From contig JALWPO010000154.1 in the NCBI GenBank assembly GCA_026994965.1, positions 163 through 64,162 of the forward strand: DNA of 64,000 nucleotides, given 5' to 3'. The notes under the pieces were generated by a model. The model was not told where the DNA came from, searched no databases, and saw nothing but the letters and a program-made list of their open reading frames with translations. The stretch is from Mariprofundaceae bacterium (GTDB taxonomy: Bacteria; Pseudomonadota; Zetaproteobacteria; Mariprofundales; Mariprofundaceae). A program made the position numbers and the translations under genes. Below are positions 63,562 to 64,000 of this stretch, piece by piece; positions within the stretch are counted from its first letter, which is position 1; the number at the start of each line of letters is the position of its first letter.

Positions 63562-64000
63562 ATGCATATTAAAGGTGTAATTTGGACACTGGGCATACTG
63601 ATTGCATTATTTGCATCGGGTATGCTTGTGCCCGCTATTGTAGCACTCTATTTCGCATCGGGTCATGCCCAAGAGTTTCTTCTTGCTGGCGGACTCACCG
63701 CAACCTTGGGTTTAAGTATGATGCGATGGGCGGGCAATGCCCCCAAACAGCTAAGCCATAAAGATGGATTCTTAATCGTTGCACTAGCTTGGGTAACGTT
63801 ATCACTTTTGGGCGCGATTCCATTTTGGACAACAGGTGTATGTACCACTATCAGCGATGGTTTATTTGAATCCACATCAGGACTGACCACCACTGGAGCC
63901 ACCATACTCACTGGGTTGGATACACTTCCTCATTCCATTTTGTTTTGGCGCTCTATGCAAGAATGGCTAGGCGGTATGGGTATCATTGTTTTGGCCGTGG
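63562..64000 (+). CDS. trkH: Trk potassium uptake protein TrkH (5' part, runs off the right edge)
   Basis: Manual translation from the ATG at 63562 gives MHIKGVIWTLGILIALFASGMLVPAIVALY...GLFESTSGLTTTGATILTGLDTLPHSILFWRSMQEWLGGMGIIVLAV, a typical TrkH. It is absent from the ORF track because no stop lies in the window. Confidence 0.9.
   Translation, partial: MHIKGVIWTLGILIALFASGMLVPAIVALYFASGHAQEFLLAGGLTATLGLSMMRWAGNAPKQLSHKDGFLIVALAWVTLSLLGAIPFWTTGVCTTISDGLFESTSGLTTTGATILTGLDTLPHSILFWRSMQEWLGGMGIIVLAV

Noticed and set aside
1-64000. CRISPR arrays, rRNA/tRNA genes, transposases, integrases and known defence systems
   Set aside because: A visual scan found no regularly spaced repeats and no ORFs with nuclease, integrase or transposase signatures. 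The only repeats are those at 56911-58077.

Overview
This 64-kb bacterial chromosomal window is almost fully coding, and I could not assign a taxon. All family calls come from motif recognition by eye; no searches were run.

(1) 618-11308: a cytoplasmic MCP with a CZB zinc domain sits convergent to a tightly coupled minus-strand module. That module is an XRE-cupin regulator, six subunits of a group-4-hydrogenase/complex-I-like membrane complex (HyfB/C/E/F/G/I-like), and a Cys-less SthA-type flavoprotein. The large subunit has lost 3 of its 4 NiFe-ligand cysteines, so this resembles an Ehr-type (hydrogenase-related, non-hydrogenase) complex. It is my best candidate for an undescribed system.

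(2) 11447-34300: a fla/che-like flagellar supercluster runs flgBC-fliEFGHIJ-ylxF-like, fliK-flgDE, then pomA-like motA with two tandem motB paralogues and fliLMNOP. It also carries two sigma-54 activators, a TPR protein and a sensorless kinase. fliP is followed by the Ehr-like module instead of fliQ, and a FliQ-like N-terminus is visible at the extreme left edge of the window.

(3) 34565-43863: housekeeping and envelope genes (YihY, M24 peptidase, tandem-cNMP protein, a flippase-like/ArnT-like/GT2 trio, a membrane Cys4 protein), a 6S RNA and a DEAD-box helicase.

(4) 44060-56907: twelve co-directional, overlapping genes, running uup, asnB, two GT4, a PHP-like membrane protein, wbqC, PIG-L, degT and wecA-like, followed by yggS-proC-yggT.

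(5) 56908-58077: a repeat-rich intergenic scar holds an orphan 150-aa ORF bracketed by two palindromic elements.

(6) 58060-64000: DUF4390, ntrY-like, ntrX-like, trkA and a partial trkH.

No CRISPR array, rRNA, tRNA, transposase or integrase was seen.
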